64,000 nt of DNA from Candidatus Latescibacterota bacterium. GTDB taxonomy: Bacteria; Krumholzibacteriota; Krumholzibacteriia; WVZY01. Position 1 is the first letter of the stretch. The number at the start of each line of letters is the position of its first letter. The notes beneath the pieces were generated by a model that had not been told where the DNA came from, searched no databases, and saw nothing but the letters and a program-made list of their open reading frames with translations. Where the stretch lies: contig CAWBQK010000007.1 in assembly GCA_963791045.1 (NCBI GenBank), positions 220,524 through 284,523 on the forward strand, given 5' to 3'. A program made the translations under genes and the position numbers. Shown here one piece after another: positions 62,701 to 64,000 of the stretch.

Positions 62701-64000
62701 GGTCAGCCTGGTCCGGATTCGAAACTGTTCTGCAATTGTCCTGGGTATCCGGGATCCCGTCATCATCATCGTCGGTATCACATGCATCCCCCGTTCCATC
62801 TCCATCAACATCTTCCTGCTCTCTGTTGGATGTTCCCGGGCAGTTATCACAGATGTCACCAATTCCGTCACTGTCGCTATCTTCCTGGCTGGCATTGCTT
62901 ACCAGAGGACAATTATCAACCGCATCCATAACACCATCCCCGTCCATGTCGTCACATGCATTTCCGATATCATTTGAATCATAATCTGCCTGGGAAGGAT
63001 TGTAAACGAGTGGACAATTATCAACAGTATCAGCTATTTCATCACCATCATCATCGTTGTCACATAGGTCCCCTAACCCATCATCATCCGTATCCACCTG
63101 ATCAGGATTGTATATATCTGGACAATTATCCTCGTCCCCCAGCTTTGGTGACATATAACCTTCACCTTCACAATAACCGTCATTATCACTATCATTTTCA
63201 GGATCATGCGGACATTCATCACATTCATCTCCCTCACCGTCATCATCGCTGTCATCCTCATTGTGTTCCTGACAGAAATGCAATTATCGCAAGCATCACC
63301 ATGATCGTCATCGTCCTGGTTTTCCTGGCCGGGATTGGATATTTTTGGACAATTATCGCTGTCATCGGGTACTCCGTCTTCATCACCATCAGGTGGAGCC
63401 AGGCCGGAGTAATATGGTGTTACCAGTCCGGTTTCAACCACATTCTGTGCACTTGTCTGTGGATCAAAACAATAATCAGCACCCCTGGGGTCACCAACTG
63501 CCAGGTCACTGTAGTTATCCCCATTGATGTCTCCAAATGCTATGGAGTATCCAAAACTTCCGGAGATAAAATTGCCATCCATGCTAAAATCAGCATCCGC
63601 AAGGACGGGATCCTCTCCAAACCCAGTCAGGTCACTCCCGGAACCTGCTCCTCCAAACCAGATATATACTTTTCCCCAGAAGCCCTGATGACTCTGATCT
63701 GAGGGGGTAGGGTTGAAAAGTCGATCCCCTATGAATATGTCTGTTGCTCCGTCACCATTAATATCTCCTGCAGAACCACAGGCCCTGCCGAAACTATACG
63801 AGGATCCTGCATCCAGTCCGACAATGGTCCAATCTGCATTCTCAGCATCCACAGATTTCAGGGCGATCATACCGTAAGCGCCAGCTGGGATATTTCTCCA
63901 ATCGCTCTCTGTGCCAATCTGAACCCGTGTGTAAACTCCGGTTGAACTCCAGAACCATTTGTGCCATAGAATCATCGCAATTGTATGTCCCCATCCGCAT
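59788..64000 (-). CDS. Large T9SS-secreted protein: FG-GAP repeats, thrombospondin type-3 repeats, metzincin peptidase, Ig/PKD-like domains, CTD (5' truncated; frameshifts near 63280 and 60290)
   Basis: [21 protein letters not shown]; many DxDxDGxxDx[16 protein letters not shown] plus YDFMSY Met-turn; IYPNP...GIY...KFLK type A CTD. Confidence 0.82.

Noticed and set aside
40535..64000. Horizontally acquired genomic island in the left-hand organism
   Set aside because: No integrase, att site or tRNA at the boundary; genes appear cut on both sides; the join is a homopolymer tract.

Overview
The window looks like a chimera of two unrelated bacterial genomes joined by a low-complexity junction at ~40160-40535. 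LEFT (1-40154, visibly GC-rich, diderm, lineage not determinable from sequence alone): the 3' end of comEA, then a complete type IVa pilus locus (pilB-T-C-S-R-A, ABC transporter plus accessory gene, pilD, pilMNOPQ) with four sigma54-type promoters. Many single-base frameshifts are confined to 2.2-13.7 kb and are probably read errors. Next come rsmD-coaD, obgE-dprA-lpxL, DUF3467, hldA/hldC, an ArcE/cDPGS-family synthetase with sucCD-ndk, the yceD-rpmF-plsX-fab-acpP-rnc cluster, a Cys-rich orphan, a CxxCH lipoprotein plus FadL-like beta-barrel operon, a TPR protein, a lipoprotein and an ECF sigma factor. RIGHT (40535-64000, AT-rich, Bacteroidota-like from SusD, a T9SS C-terminal domain and a TAnnTTTG promoter): an atypical polysaccharide utilisation locus (SusD, Tat-exported FAD oxidoreductase and pyruvyltransferase-like protein, beta-propeller, GH29, GH20-like, ceramidase-like, decayed GH43), a lipoprotein serpin, an MFS transporter, an UnbV/UnbU-like pair without an enediyne PKS, and a large T9SS-secreted FG-GAP/thrombospondin-3/metzincin protein. 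The best candidates for new biology are the heme-motif lipoprotein plus beta-barrel pair, the ArcE-sucCD-ndk cluster, the redox/pyruvyl PUL and the orphan UnbV/UnbU pair. All family calls come from motif recognition by eye; no database searches were run.
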